From contig NC_045697.1 of assembly GCF_009834535.1 (NCBI RefSeq), positions 85,562,001-85,626,000 of the forward strand: a DNA stretch of 64,000 bases. Reading direction: 5' to 3'. Under the pieces are notes generated by a model. The model was not told the DNA's origin and did no database searches. It saw nothing but the letters and a program-made list of their open reading frames with translations. The stretch comes from Camelus ferus. Its lineage: Eukaryota. Position numbers and translations under genes: made by a program. Positions 12,734-25,225 of this stretch are shown one piece after another. Within the stretch, counting starts at the first letter, position 1, and each line of letters opens with the position of its first letter.

Positions 12734-14654
12734 ACACAAACACAAAATACACATAAAAACACAAATACACATACAAATACATTTACACAAAACATGCATA
12801 ATATGGAAGTTTCAAATTGTTTGGTCTTTAATAGTATGAAGGCTAGTGGACATTTTAAATAAATATTAAAAGGCTAATTCACTCGGTTTTAAGAGGGGAA
12901 AAAAATAGCCTTCAGAAGATTAATTCTCGAATGGGAAGTGTTTCTGTGGGAGAGTGCATTCTCTGTGAAGGTAATTTGTGGCTACATTCTTAAACTGAAT
13001 GATGCCGAGATAGAAGTGATTTCTTTGGCAGAAACTATAAACACGGTGACCCAAGGCCTGGGAGACTTTCAAATGAAATGCTGAATTTAATACATTGAAT
13101 GACACAGCATCTTTGTTTTTACGTGGAACATTTCAATAAGATATTTACAGGAACACATGGCTTGCATGACAAAATGTGTGTGAAGAAGGTCTTAATAATT
13201 TATTCCATTTGCTGATGCAAGTTGATACAGACTCAAGGGTTTTAATGAGAACTGTAAGCTGTTTTTTGAACATGGGTTGAATTAGAGGGAGAGAGGGAGA
13301 GAGAGAGAACAGACCAATGAAGCCACTAAAAAGTAGCAGGTAACTGCGGAAGTTAGATGAGTGGGAGCCCCATCTTGGACTGTGAAGCGTCCCGACAACC
13401 TACAGCTTCCCACGCAGATCGTAACCTCCTCCCCCGCTCCCTCCACCGCTGCCTTGTGTGGGAGTTTATCTTTTCTAGTTATCACTACGGGGAGGGTAAA
13501 AACTACTTTTATAAAAACTACCTTCATGGTTACTGAAAGCTGAGGAGGAATACTTCACTGATCGTGGGGCATGACTCATAGTTTAAAGACTTAACTAGTA
13601 AGCATTTATAAGATTTCTGAGGGGCTAGATTTTTTTTTCCCCTCGTATAAAGATTACTTTCATTTCATCCACATCATCGTGGCACTTTCTGGATGAAATG
13701 TTTCATTTAACTCTTTGAGTTCAACCTTTTGCCAGGGCATAGAGAATGTTGTTGGTTATTTCATTTGTGCTTCCTTTAAAAAGTATTTTTTCTTTTGACA
13801 TAAAGGTCTTTCAAAATTGGCCACTGGGTGCCAAACATTCAAAAGAGTTGCTAAAGAGTTTCAAAGTAACAGAAGACGTTTAGATGACAGAAATGCACCT
13901 GCACAATCCACTTTGGCTATACACTAACTAATTCATGTGTCAAGGACAGTGCTAGAACTTTGGAGACTTGGACTAGACGGCCAATCCCCCAACCTGATGC
14001 ATGAAAAATTAAGAATGGATGATGATTTTTGTGGGAAACTTTACCATGACTGCTCTTCTAACCCTTTAATTCGGGCAATTAAAATGCAGGGAATTTTATA
14101 AAATCTGGCATGAGAAACGAGCCTGGTGGTTAGATGTGAAAACATCCGTCTACACTTCCTATGAAGGGTGAGGATGTTCATTCGGGGTACAGTTCCCACA
14201 GCACAGTGCAGTGACCCGGGGGAACTTCAACTTGTGCTGAGTTTAGAACCTACCCTGAATATTGCCTTAGAGAAACACACGCTCTCATGTAAATTTTCCA
14301 CCTGTGAGTCTCTACTTTCTTTCACAAACCATTTGCTGAAAAAGCTCCAAATATACTTATAAATAGATTAAGTAAAACATCAATTTCTACAATTTCAGGA
14401 GACAAGCATTCGAAGAAAAAAGAGGAAAAAAATTCCATGAGCCAAAATATTGAGATAAAGGAAATTTAAACCCCGTAGAAAAAAAATAACAATTTCAACA
14501 AAGAATCCTCTCAAGCAGATTATACTCTGTAGCTTATCTTTATGTCCTAACATAGAATAACATTTCCTCAATGATTTGACATTAATGTATTGCATATAAT
14601 TAAAAATCCTGTTAACTTATTGCTTTGTTTTTCAATCTGAAAAATACGTATTTT

Positions 14655-14712
14655 AATTTATTTTCCCCAGCTTTGTTGAGGTATAGTTGACAAATGAAAT
14701 TGCAATAGATGT
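14655..14712 (-). mobile_element. Short L1 3'-end fragment
   Basis: ttttccccagctttgttgaggtatagttgacaaatgaaattg, the reverse of an L1M 3' terminus. Confidence 0.55.
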
Positions 14713-16596
14713 GGATTGAATATTTCATTTTTCAGCTTCTGCCAATGCTGGTCATAGGATCTATAAACTAGTTTATTGGTACTATTGTCTATGGAAGCAC
14801 CATATAGAAACGGAGTATAAAATGTACACGTATCAGCATAGCATAAGACGTGTGTGCACGTGCACATGCATGTGCGCATGTGTATGCTTGTGTGCATGTG
14901 TGTGGTGAGTTGTGCATGCATAACATGCTTGTCATTTTAACTCAGAGTGCTTCTGGAAGGATATGATTCCAGCATGATAGGCAAGGAGAAGATGACAGGC
15001 GGGTAGAGCAAGGTTAAGACAAAGAAAGTAAACCTGGGGACGGAGGCAGGGCTTCACTTATCCCCAGGATATTTTTAGTTCCCAGAAGCCTCTGGGGTTG
15101 GTAGACACAAACAGCATTCAACAGATTTGGCAGTAAAGGAAGCTGGATATTCTCAGATTTACCCTCTGGTTTATCTGCTATCTTCCACTTGCTGTTTCTC
15201 CTCATTATTAGCAAACTTAAACCTACATTCAACCATCGCAGCCACTGGGATTCCCAGCATTAAGCTCAAGTTATTGAAAACTAGCCCTTTGAGGACAATC
15301 TTAAATATTCCTTTCGTGAAAGAAGAAAATCTCTGGGATATCTTTTACAAAGTTCCAGTTGAAAATCCCAAATTGATTTAATTCATTTATAGGTAAATTA
15401 TTGATAAAATACATTTCCTAAATTGATATTCATATGACAAACAAACAAACAAAGGTTTCATGTCTCCATTGATTAAAGTGATACTTAAGTGGAATTTCCC
15501 CATTTAATACTGAAGTTTCCCTTTGCTCAATCCTTGGCTTAGATATTGTTAATGTCTTAGTAGAAAAATGGTGTCTGAGACATATCATCACACTTTGTTA
15601 AGGTTGGTCAGAGGCTATTGGATGTCACTGTAATTATCTCAGAACTCTTCCTGTTGGCATTATGTGGATGAACTAAAGCATTTCTTGGCTTAAGTAAAGC
15701 CTCTCTTGGCTTCAAATTACTATATTACCTATAACCTAAAAATGTCATAGCAGATCAATAACAGGAATGAAAATTTTTCACCTGGCTTCAGTTTTTAAAA
15801 ACATGTCTATTTCTACCTGTTTAAATTTTTTAAATGTTTGCTTTGATTTTATATCCCCCCAAAGTGATTTTCCCCAAAATCTTTTACAGTCATTATCTAT
15901 TCAGATTTTCATTTATATGTAATATTCTGGAAACCTTAGCTCTTGTTGGCTTTTTTTCCTCATCAACTTTGTTTATTTTAAATACTTAAATGTCTTGAAA
16001 CATGTAAGATAAAACCATGATGCATACAGATGAGTGGAGGGGAAATGTATCTTTGAAACTGCCTACACAGAGTAACATTATTAACTAAATGCCTCTCTTT
16101 GGAGGGAGCGAGAAGGTTATGTAATAGAAATAGCAATTTATTTTTTGTCATTCATTCATTCATTCATTCATTTACTCAGCCAGTCTCTATGATCACATAC
16201 TGTTCGCCAGGCACTGTTCTAGGTGGGAACCAGAAGCAAACAAAATGAAATTCCTTGCCTTGGTGGAACATAAGATTAACTGGAGAGACAGAACATTAGC
16301 AGGGAAGTGAAATGTAGAACGTGTCAGATGTTGATAAATGATATGCAGAAACGTAAAACCTAGAAGTGGTGGGGGTGTGGGATTTGGTAGTTAGAAGAGG
16401 CGCTACTGATGATGTGATGTTCAAGCCAAGATACAGGGGAGGTGAGGAAGTGAGCATGTGGCTATCCGGAGGGGACTGTTCCAGGCAGAGGGAACAGCAA
16501 AAGCATGGCCCTAGGAGGGGGCATGCTAAAGGGAGAGAAGAGTAGAGGTTGGAGGGGTAGGAGGGGCAGATTGTAGAGGGCTTCTTGGCCTTTAAA

Positions 16597-16826
16597 GGAG
16601 AGATTTGCAGATACTGTCTACTATATATATAAAATAGATAAGCAGCAAGTTTATACTTTATAGCTCAAAGAACTATATTCAATATCTTGTAGGAACCTAT
16701 AATGAAAAAGAATATGAAAAGGGATATACGTATGTTCATGTATGACTGAAACACTATGCTGTACACCAGAAATGGACACAATGTTGTAAACTGACTATAC
16801 GTCAATAAAAAAGAATGCAAAAAAAT
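16597..16826 (+). mobile_element. 5'-truncated young L1 3' UTR (camelid/artiodactyl type)
   Basis: aactatattcaatatcttgtaggaacctataatgaaaaagaatatg...tatgctgtacaccagaaa...gtaaactgactatacgtcAATAAA plus A-rich tail. Confidence 0.9.
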
Positions 16827-16845
16827 GTTTAAAGGCTGTGGGAGT

Positions 16846-16968
16846 GGGGAGGGTCTAGATCAGTGGTCGAGTTCATGCTTAGCATGCACAAGGTCCTGGG
16901 TTCAATCCCCAGTATCTCTATTTAAATAAATAAATAAACCTAATTACCCCCCCCCCAAAATAAAAAAT
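16846..16968 (+). mobile_element. tRNA-Ala-derived SINE (camelid Vic-1 type)
   Basis: A box TAGATCAGTGG, anticodon-arm remnant GCTTAGCATGC, B box GGTTCAATCCC, tail AAATAAATAAATAAACCTAATTACCCCC. Confidence 0.9.
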
Positions 16969-17871
16969 GTTAAAAAGTATTGGCTTTTACTCTGGGAGAC
17001 ACTGACAGACATTGGATAGTTTTCAGGAGGGGAAAAACATAATCTGATTTTGTTTACAAAAGAATATTTCTAGTGGTTATGTTGAGAATCAACTCTAGGA
17101 GACAAAAGTATAAACAGGGGACCTGTCAGGAGGTTATTTAGAACCAAAGATTCAGATCAGGGTCGTGTTGGTGGGGTATAATCTGAATCCCAGTAGGATT
17201 TGTTGATGAAATGGACATGAGATATTAGACAAGGATAATTCAAGGATGACCTCAGGGGTTTTGGTGTGACTGGATGGACTGTGTTAGTAACTAACTGGTA
17301 TGAGTCAATTCCTGAGATGAGGAAGCCTATGTGAGGAGGAGGTCGGGTTGTGATATATTACAGTTAATATGCATCCAAGTAGAGCCAGTAAGTAGGTGGC
17401 TGTGTTTATTAGCTGGGAGTTAAGGAGGGCAGTCCAGGTCAGATGTATTGATGTGGGAAGTATGTGCATATGGACGGGCACTTAAAGCCCTGAGACTAGA
17501 TGACATATTGTGAACACAGTAAGTACAGAAAAGACCCAGCAACTGAACCCCAGGGTGTGCCAATGTTAAAAGGATGGGGGAAAAAAGGAATCAGGGGAAG
17601 AAGGCCAGCAGGAAGCGTCTACTTAACCAGAGTGTGTGGTGCGCTGGAAGGCAAGTGAAGAAACTAGATCCAGGAGGAGAGAGGATCAGACAAATCAAGT
17701 TACCTGCCTGAAAATCTCCCACTGGATTTTAAAAAGTGGAGTTCATTGGGTGACCTTGACAAGAGCTGTTTTGTTGGAGGGTTGAGGTGAAGGCCAGATC
17801 GGAAGGATGAAAAACACAGAAGAGTTTGGGTGTCAAGACAAGTTTTACTACTAACGGCATTCCACTGCTTA

Positions 17872-18226
17872 GTTGACACCATGAAAATTAATAAGAGGAA
17901 GGTTCACTTAAGATGGAGTCTTGAAGAGGGAGCTGTCAGGCTCCACCCCTCATTGCCATCACAGACCGCAAATGGGAAGAGACCCACCCTGCATCTCCTG
18001 CTGGAGGAAAGAAAATTTTCTCCTTGACCAGCAACAGCCCCAGCCAATGAGAAACTGTCACCACCCTGACCTCTCACTTTCCTCCAATGGACTTCTGTTC
18101 AAAGCAGCCCCTCTCAATTTCCTCCCTTTTCTCCATAAAGTTCCCCTCCCTTTCTGCCAGATTTGCCAATTTGCCTGTGGTTTTTCGGTAGCCTGCATAT
18201 CCCAAATTGCAATTCTATTCTTCTCT
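17872..18226 (+). mobile_element. ERV1-like LTR (partial)
   Basis: aagatggagtc near the 5' end, CCAAT boxes (cagccaatgag, ctccaatgg), and a ...tcccaaattgcaattct 3' segment typical of ERV1 LTRs. Confidence 0.6.
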
Positions 18227-19360
18227 GTAAGGCATGAGTGTGCAATGTAAATTTACTAATGATTTTGTAGAGGAGACTATAGGAGAACTTGCATCAGGCA
18301 ACATACAGTCTTTCACTCCAGAATCACATTAAAATTATCTCCTTCTCTTTTGATGACCAGCCTTTGGGTCTCCCTCTCGCCATCTCTCCCCTGTGAAGTC
18401 TTGTATCTCTCTCTGCACTCTTTTTAAGCAGAACAGTAGAGCTCTCTGTCCTCCTTCTCAGTTTATCTCAAAACTACAGCCTCGGAAACTCCAAAGAGGC
18501 TTCTCAGAGCCTCAACCCCAAAACTGAATCTCCCTCAAGGGAGATGTGGAATGTGGAAACTTTTGGAATGTGGCTAAGAAAATAATTTTTTATTTCTTAT
18601 TTACATGTATACTGATATCCTCATATCAATTTCCAAATAGTACTTTATAAAAATTTCTCTAGATAAAACCACATGTAAATAATTACTCTCTATGTCTAAA
18701 AGAACTTTCAGTTAAGAGGCCGAGCTACCACAAAAATCTTTGAGAAGGTTTTCCAAAGAGCAAATCTAAATCATGCACAAAGAGGGAACTCACATAAACA
18801 ATTTTTTCTTCTTCAATTTCCAGAATGAAAAACTTGAAGTGGTGGAGAGAGGTTTTATGATTATATTTTATGACGATTATGGAAATAATTAATTGAATCA
18901 AGAGTGGGATATGCATGGTTTGGCCCAAAAGAAGGTGATGTATTTCCCAGCCAAAAGAGTGGGAGGGGACAGAAAAGGAGGAAGAGTTCCTCTCTCTGTG
19001 GTTCAAGACTTTTCACTGCAGAAGACAAAATTGAGAAAACCTGATATATAAATTTACCTATATTATTAACATTTACTTCTCTGTCCCATTTGATTAAAAG
19101 GAGTTAAGGGTAAATGAGTAAAAGGAATTGGATTTGCATAGAATTTAAATTTGTGGTCTTTCTGTTGCTGGCGAGGATATTTTTAGTGACATTTTCTTAG
19201 CTTTATTCATGCTGTCCACTGCCTTCTATGCTTTCTCAAATCCACTATATATTCAGAGTTGCTGTAAGAAGGTAAAAATGAAAATCCAAGTGATACGCAT
19301 CAGTCTGAGGATACACAGCTTCACCATGAGGGGCATCCAGAAGAGTATGGTGGACTCTTG

Positions 19361-19670
19361 ATTTTTTTCCCCAGTTTTGTTGCGATACAGTTGACGCATA
19401 ACATTGTGTAAGTTTATGGTATACAGCATACGATTTGATATATGTGTACAAAATGATTGCCATGATAAGGTTAGCTAACATCCATCACTTCATAGATTTA
19501 TAAACATTTTTTTCTTTAAGATCAACTGTCTTTAATCTCAACAACTATGGTGTACATTACATCCTTAGGACTTCTTTATCTTATAAAGATATAAGTTTAT
19601 TAGATATATAAATAAATTTATACCTTTGACCCTTTCACCTAATTTTCCAATCACTGCCCACCAAACCTAT
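19361..19670 (-). mobile_element. L1MA9-like L1 3' end
   Basis: ttgacgcataacattgtgtaagtttatggtatacagcata...atgattgccatgataaggttagctaacatccatcac...tttatacctttgacc. Confidence 0.8.
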
Positions 19671-20421
19671 AATTTTTAGGAGTCAAAACTTATAGGCGAA
19701 GTTAGGCAGTTTGGGGGGAAAATATATTTCAACATTTTTTGTCTGTAGTTACATCATATTTTGAATTTTATCACGTTGATGAGATTCAGACTTGAGGAGT
19801 GGGAAGGTATCAACCGATCTACTGACTGAAATGAGCACTCCAGATATTAGCAGGCTCCAGTACTGACCACAATAAGAAGCCTTGCTAGTGTCCATGTGTC
19901 AGAATGGAAACAGCACTGTGGTCGTGGCTCAGAACACCCAAAGCACAAATGATGCCTTAGTCACAGGTGTCCCTGTTCCTCACTGACAACACAGGAAACT
20001 TGGCAAGGACACACTTGGATTTGCAATTTAAATTGTAGGAAATTAACTTGCTTCCTGAGAAATATTCCTATAATCAGGAAAGATGTTTATTTTCTAAAAG
20101 TAGCTTTTTTATTCTTTGGGGGGAAAAAAAAGATTTGGGAAAGTTTGTAGTCTTTTTGGTCTGTCTCCTCCATTCCTTACAACTATAATCAAATGAAACA
20201 GGCTAGTTACCATTATTAAGAGATCATCCTGGCTATCAGAGACATCTTTTAGTTATGATAATAAAATCTTGTTACAACTAGGTGGGTGGGGCTTTTAAAA
20301 GTCAAGATTAAAATGCAGGGTGGGTCCTGCAGGATTTGTGAATTGCCTGTTGAATTTACACATCCAGTTGACAAAGGCATCAGGAGGCATAATCCAAATC
20401 CCCTGGGTCCCAACCACGGTT

Positions 20422-20441
20422 TGGCACCACCTGGTGGCAGC
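20422..20441. promoter_or_regulatory. Candidate CTCF site (near-palindromic)
   Basis: TGGCACCACCTGGTGGCAGC: CCACCAGGTGGTGC on minus and CCACCTGGTGGCAG on plus, compared with consensus CCASYAGRKGGCRS. Confidence 0.55.
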
Positions 20442-21049
20442 TCTCCACAGCAGTTCAACTACCAAGCGGTGGGCCGTCCGGGAGACGCCCAGTGATTTCC
20501 AGGAATCTTCTGGTTGTTTGTCCCTTGTTTCACTGGCCCTAATTGGGTTAGACTGGGCTAGGAAGGATGCAGAGAGCCGCTCTTCACTTTATCACCTACT
20601 TCTCCAGACACTTTGGCCTGTCATTTCCAAGATAAGAACTTTTACCTGTTCTTTGAGAAAATAATAGGAACCAAGTATCGATTGCTTCATACAGGAATTT
20701 GCACTATCTTGGTACCATAGTGTCAAAGGATTTTAATTTAATTGGAAAGGTATGGAGAATTGCAGAGGGCAAGGGCAAATTGTGAGGCATGGTGTTCCCA
20801 GTTTGATTTAATGTTGAGAGTGGACAGCCAGCACAATGACAGGAAGTGTGCTGTGCCCTGGGCATGGGTTCCTCATAGAAGTGGAATGCCTCTCAGCTTC
20901 TCTTTAGGTGTGAAATAATCAGGTCAACACCGCAGCTCAATGCCTGGAAAGACTGAACAGAGGGCCCCTGGGATTGTTTGAATTGACACTTCTCTTGAAC
21001 ATCTTCTATAGTTCCTTACAGAAAATGTTTTTTTCTCACTGTTAAAGTT

Positions 21050-21375
21050 ATTGTTTTTTAAAAATACTATTATCCTTTTAATACATAAAGTTATAGAGAA
21101 ATTTAAAATTACCCACAATCTCACCACCTCCTCAAAAGTTATTTTTCAAAAGAACACAAAAGTGTTTCAAAAATTTAAATAGTGCTGAGAATAAGAAAAT
21201 TAAAATGAATAAGCTTTTTTCTCCCTCACCTTCTCCCCCTAATAAATACTATTAGCTATCATTACATTTCTTTTATACTCTTGTGGTTGTATGCATATAT
21301 CTGAACAATTTTTTATCTTGCTTTTTGCACTTGATAATATATAACAGAAATCTTTCTGTATCAACACATGCACAT
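21050..21375 (-). mobile_element. Old L1ME-like 3' fragment
   Basis: aaaattacccacaatctcaccacc and tatcttgctttttgcacttgataatatat motifs, highly diverged. Confidence 0.45.
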
Positions 21376-21419
21376 ACAGATCCACCTCACTGACAAAAAT
21401 GACAGAGAAAAATCATTCC

Positions 21420-22348
21420 TTGTCCTAGCATAGTTTCCACCTGAGAGCAGAGCCTCGGATAAAGGCTGTTGTATGAGTAGTGTTTGGAAGTGGCCCCAGG
21501 GATCATGAATGAGAGGTAGAGGAAGCATGGCAGCCAGCCCCCGAGACTGCCCAATGTTCCCCATCTCTTGGCATTTACCTTTGTGTGTAGTCTCCTCTCA
21601 CACTGCACCAAGATTGATCTATGTTGCCAACAGCACACAGAGAAGTGATGGGATGTCCCTTCCAAAGCTAGGTGATGAAAGACACTAGCTTCCTGCTTGT
21701 ACTCTCCCTCACCCTCTCTCCAGGATCATTCACGCTGGAGAAAGCCAACTACTGTGAGGAAGTGGGGGTCCTGTTCACTATCTCATGGGTAAGTTTAGAG
21801 GTGGCTCCTTCAGCCCCAGTCAAGCCTTCTGATGAATGCAACCCTGGCTGTCATTTGAACTGCATCCACCCACTTGAAACTGCTTCTGATTTGTTGACCA
21901 TGGAAATTGTGAGAATAAAACTTTGTTGTTTTAAGTCACTGAGTGTTGAGGTAACTTGTTACACAGCGATAGATAACTAGGACAAGGAGTCAATCAGAGA
22001 GGGAGGGAAAGTTGACATAAGGATGTGTTGATTTCTGCTATGGTCACTTGATGTTCCATTCAGCAGGACCTTCTGAGGAGCCTTATGAACTGCTCATCAA
22101 GAGAGAAGCATTCCATCAGCCCCATCCTTCATTGGTCAAGCATGCCCCATGGGTATTAACTCTCCAGCATTTCCAGGATATCCATATGTGAGTGCTGAGT
22201 GGGTTCTCAAGGGCTTCCCATCCCACATCCTGAAGCACACGGCATGGCTCAAAGCCAGACTCGCAGGTTGTACCTGTGCCAACGTGACTGAAACCTGCTC
22301 CAAGCTGCAGGCTTCAATGCTAGGGAAGTGGACATGATACTGCCATAC
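21420..22348 (-). mobile_element. LTR16-family (ERVL) LTR split by an MLT1F insertion
   Basis: agcagagcctcggataaagg...agtagtgtttggaagtggccccagg before 21525, resuming at 21985 with agagagggagggaaagttgacataaggatgtgtt...gggtattaactctccagcatttccagg. Confidence 0.6.
21526..21984 (+). mobile_element. MLT1F-like solo LTR
   Basis: ccttcagccccagtcaagccttctgatga, AATAAA, and 3' end gttgttttaagtcactgagtgttgaggtaacttgttacacagcgatagataactaggaca. Confidence 0.85.
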
Positions 22349-23494
22349 ACTTACAACCATACATATCGCAAGATATTTCCCATGCTCTTCCTTTCCATAA
22401 ACCTATGCTACATATCTCATTTTTAACAGAACATTCTTTTTTAGTGTGTGTGTGTGTGTTTTTTTTCTGAAACTGAATACATTCACCACAATTAACTTTT
22501 TCCTTCATGCGATAAGTCAAGGTTTATGGTTCATGTGTCTATTGCTTAATTCTACATGAATTTATAAATTAATTACTTTTACTTTCAATTTGCAAACCAT
22601 CAAACTAGTAAAGGGTCATATATTCTAAATGATTAGACTAAAAGGTATCAGAAAAATTTCAAGTCTCCACGTCGTTAATCCACCTCACTCAGTTCCCTTT
22701 GGAGTCCGTGATTAAGGAAAGTAAGAGAAATTTAGCACTTTTGGGGCCCATCACGAGCTGAGATGAATCACCACTTCCTTTTGCACATTAGAAATTGCAG
22801 TTGAACTCAACTGGTAGAGAGGTTAAAATGTTGTTATTTTTCTTTTAGTTTGAATTTTGTATGATTTCTCCAAATCAGCTTCCTATTTTGGGGAGGTCAG
22901 CCTTAAACATATGATGGCATTCTACCTGCACCAGGGAACACAGGATCCTGATTAAAGAAGGAGCAATCTGACTTTGTGAATCTTTCTTGTCTGAAATTGG
23001 ATGGAGAGATCCGTTGGCAGAAACAGCCTTTAAAATAAAGGCAACAGTGACTCAACTTCTGAAACAGAGCCAGGTCCTCAGGCGGCAGGGTGCCGGGGTT
23101 GGCAGAGAGAGAGCTCATTTCAGGAGAGCACAGGAAGTTACTTAACGCTGCTTATGAGTAAGAAGAGAGTTGGATCTGTGATGATTGAACTCGTCTCTAT
23201 TTATACCTCTATGCAGATCCTTTGATATGTGTGTGTAAAACATGTATTGTGTATTTTTATTCATCTGTGTTCTACGTTTTGCTTTGATAGGAACCCCCCA
23301 CCCCCATCCTTCCTCTGCTTTTTGAATGTTGTAGTAATGAGTCACTGCCACCTATTGCTTTGAAAGTAAGGACTTTCTAGGTCAGAGATTTTTTAACATT
23401 CCCCTTTATTCACTGCCCTTAGCAGGATCTTATATAAGTAAATGTAGTTCAGAGAATGCTTGAATGAGGAAAGAAAAACCTAATCTGTGTTGAC

Positions 23495-23702
23495 AATACA
23501 GCTGCTATGTGCTAGGCACTTTATACACTGTGTTATTTAATCCATAACAGGTATTCTGTTTCACTCAGAAAAATGTGAAAATGGTAACAGGGGCTTAGTT
23601 ACGTTAAGAAACTTCCCCAACATAAACTTGGATGTAGCAAACTGAACTAGAGTTAGGGTTTGCCTGATCACATAACCCACGATCTTCTTACCACATCATA
23701 CT
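23495..23702 (-). mobile_element. MIR SINE
   Basis: ctatgtgctaggcactttatacactgtgttatttaatcc...gttaagaaacttcccca...gatcttcttaccac. Confidence 0.7.
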
Positions 23703-25144
23703 CCCTCCAATTCTTTGTAATCCTTGCCTTTGCCAAGGTCCAATGCTGTGGCATTGGGTGGGTCACCACCTCACTGTCTAATTGTTTCTTCTGAGAAATG
23801 AGATACTTAAAGAACCCTGAAAGCCAGACCAGTTCCAACATTATTTAAACTTCACTTTATTTTACATCAGGGACTTTCAGGGTCTGGCCACTGATAATAA
23901 ACATGCTGAATAATATTCATAAGCCATGTTTGGTACTACTAGATCTGTCCTTATTCAGACAGATTAATGTCCCATTTCTCAGAGACGTGTCCATTTGTTT
24001 GGCTGTTTAGAGGTCGTTTCTTCGAAGAGAGAGGCCTCAGATAATCTGCAGTGAGCTGGGAATCAATTTAGGTTTTCTTTACCTGACTGTAGGCCTTCAG
24101 GCCAGAATGTCTTGGAAAATTTTAGGAAATTCTGCTAGATTAAACAATTCCATTAGTGAGAACAGAGAAGAATTTGGGGCCTCTAGCCCCTTCTTTCCAT
24201 CCTTGGAGTTAGAGATGAATCGGCAAAAAGCTGGTAAAAAGCAGGGTATCATCCCAACACTCTCACAGTCACCACGGTATCTGCACAGCACATCATCTCA
24301 GTTCTAACGGGTGCTCCTATCTGCAGGAGTTGGGTGATCTTTCTGGCAGTTTCAAGATATGTTATTTTGTTGGAGGTGGTTTTTGACATAATATTAAAAG
24401 ATAATATTTTCAGATGCCCTTACGACTTTAGTAGGACTTCAGTAATTCTACTTTCTTTACTAGAAGAGAAAGAACCCACCTGCCAAAAGGCACCAGGGTG
24501 ACAAACATCTTGTTGCCAATTGTTGGTATGAAAAGTTGTCTTAAAAAAAAATTCTGATCAACTCCATCCCTTTTGGTCTGTTAGTCAATCCACTTTTTTT
24601 TTAAAAGATCCATTTTGAAAATCAAAGAAATAAAAAATGTGATCACTGCCAATTTCTATTTGATAAGCTGATAGAGAAAGTTACAAGGGCAAATGACAAT
24701 GAAGTGAAAAGTAATAAAGGACAACTGAATGCAAGGCTTATTTCTTAACATTCTGTGCGTCATACTCCAAGCCATGTTTAGATTGAATAAGATAAAGTAA
24801 GTATCAGGCTTTGCATATATTTTTGTATTGAAATTACATTTCTCTCATTGAAACTAGAAGCCAAAATTTTGCGCTCAGGTTGTGGGGCAATTTAGCTGAA
24901 AATGTATTGGAATTATAAGTAACTTTTTGTTAAGTTGAATCAGATAGATTTTAACAACAGAAATCTCTTCTTTCTAAGTAAAATGGAGGCAACTATTCAG
25001 ACAGCAGAATTAACCATCTCGTGATTGGCTTTTTTATAACTTAATTTGGTCAGATATAGGAGGAATTGAATAGGCTCTCTTTATTTAAAGTAGCCTTCAA
25101 ATAATTCTGTGACACGGACTAGAGAGCCACAAAATAAAAGATAA

Positions 25145-25225
25145 ACACTATCACTACCACAAGTACCACCAGTAACTGCCACTACTACGACTGCTACTAC
25201 TGCTACTACTGTTTCTGCTGCCACT
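25145..25225. repeat. Degenerate (CTA/CCA)n trinucleotide repeat
   Basis: actactacgactgctactactgctactact is directly visible. Confidence 0.8.

Larger units (their letters stand above)
16149..17850 (-). mobile_element. L2 LINE, interrupted at ~16597-16975
   Basis: (CATT)n tail, then ccaggcactgttctagg, gttccaggcagagggaacagc, tcaaggatgacctcaggggttttgg and cattgggtgaccttgacaagagctgtttt. Confidence 0.85.

Noticed and set aside
12543..12862. ORFs with CVCVCV or THTHTH runs
   Set aside because: Translations of the (TG)n microsatellite.
16846..16920. tRNA-Ala(AGC)-like sequences (also at 29116 and 31010)
   Set aside because: Stem-disrupting substitutions or deletion, a shared SINE tail and TSDs show they are SINE heads, not tRNA genes.
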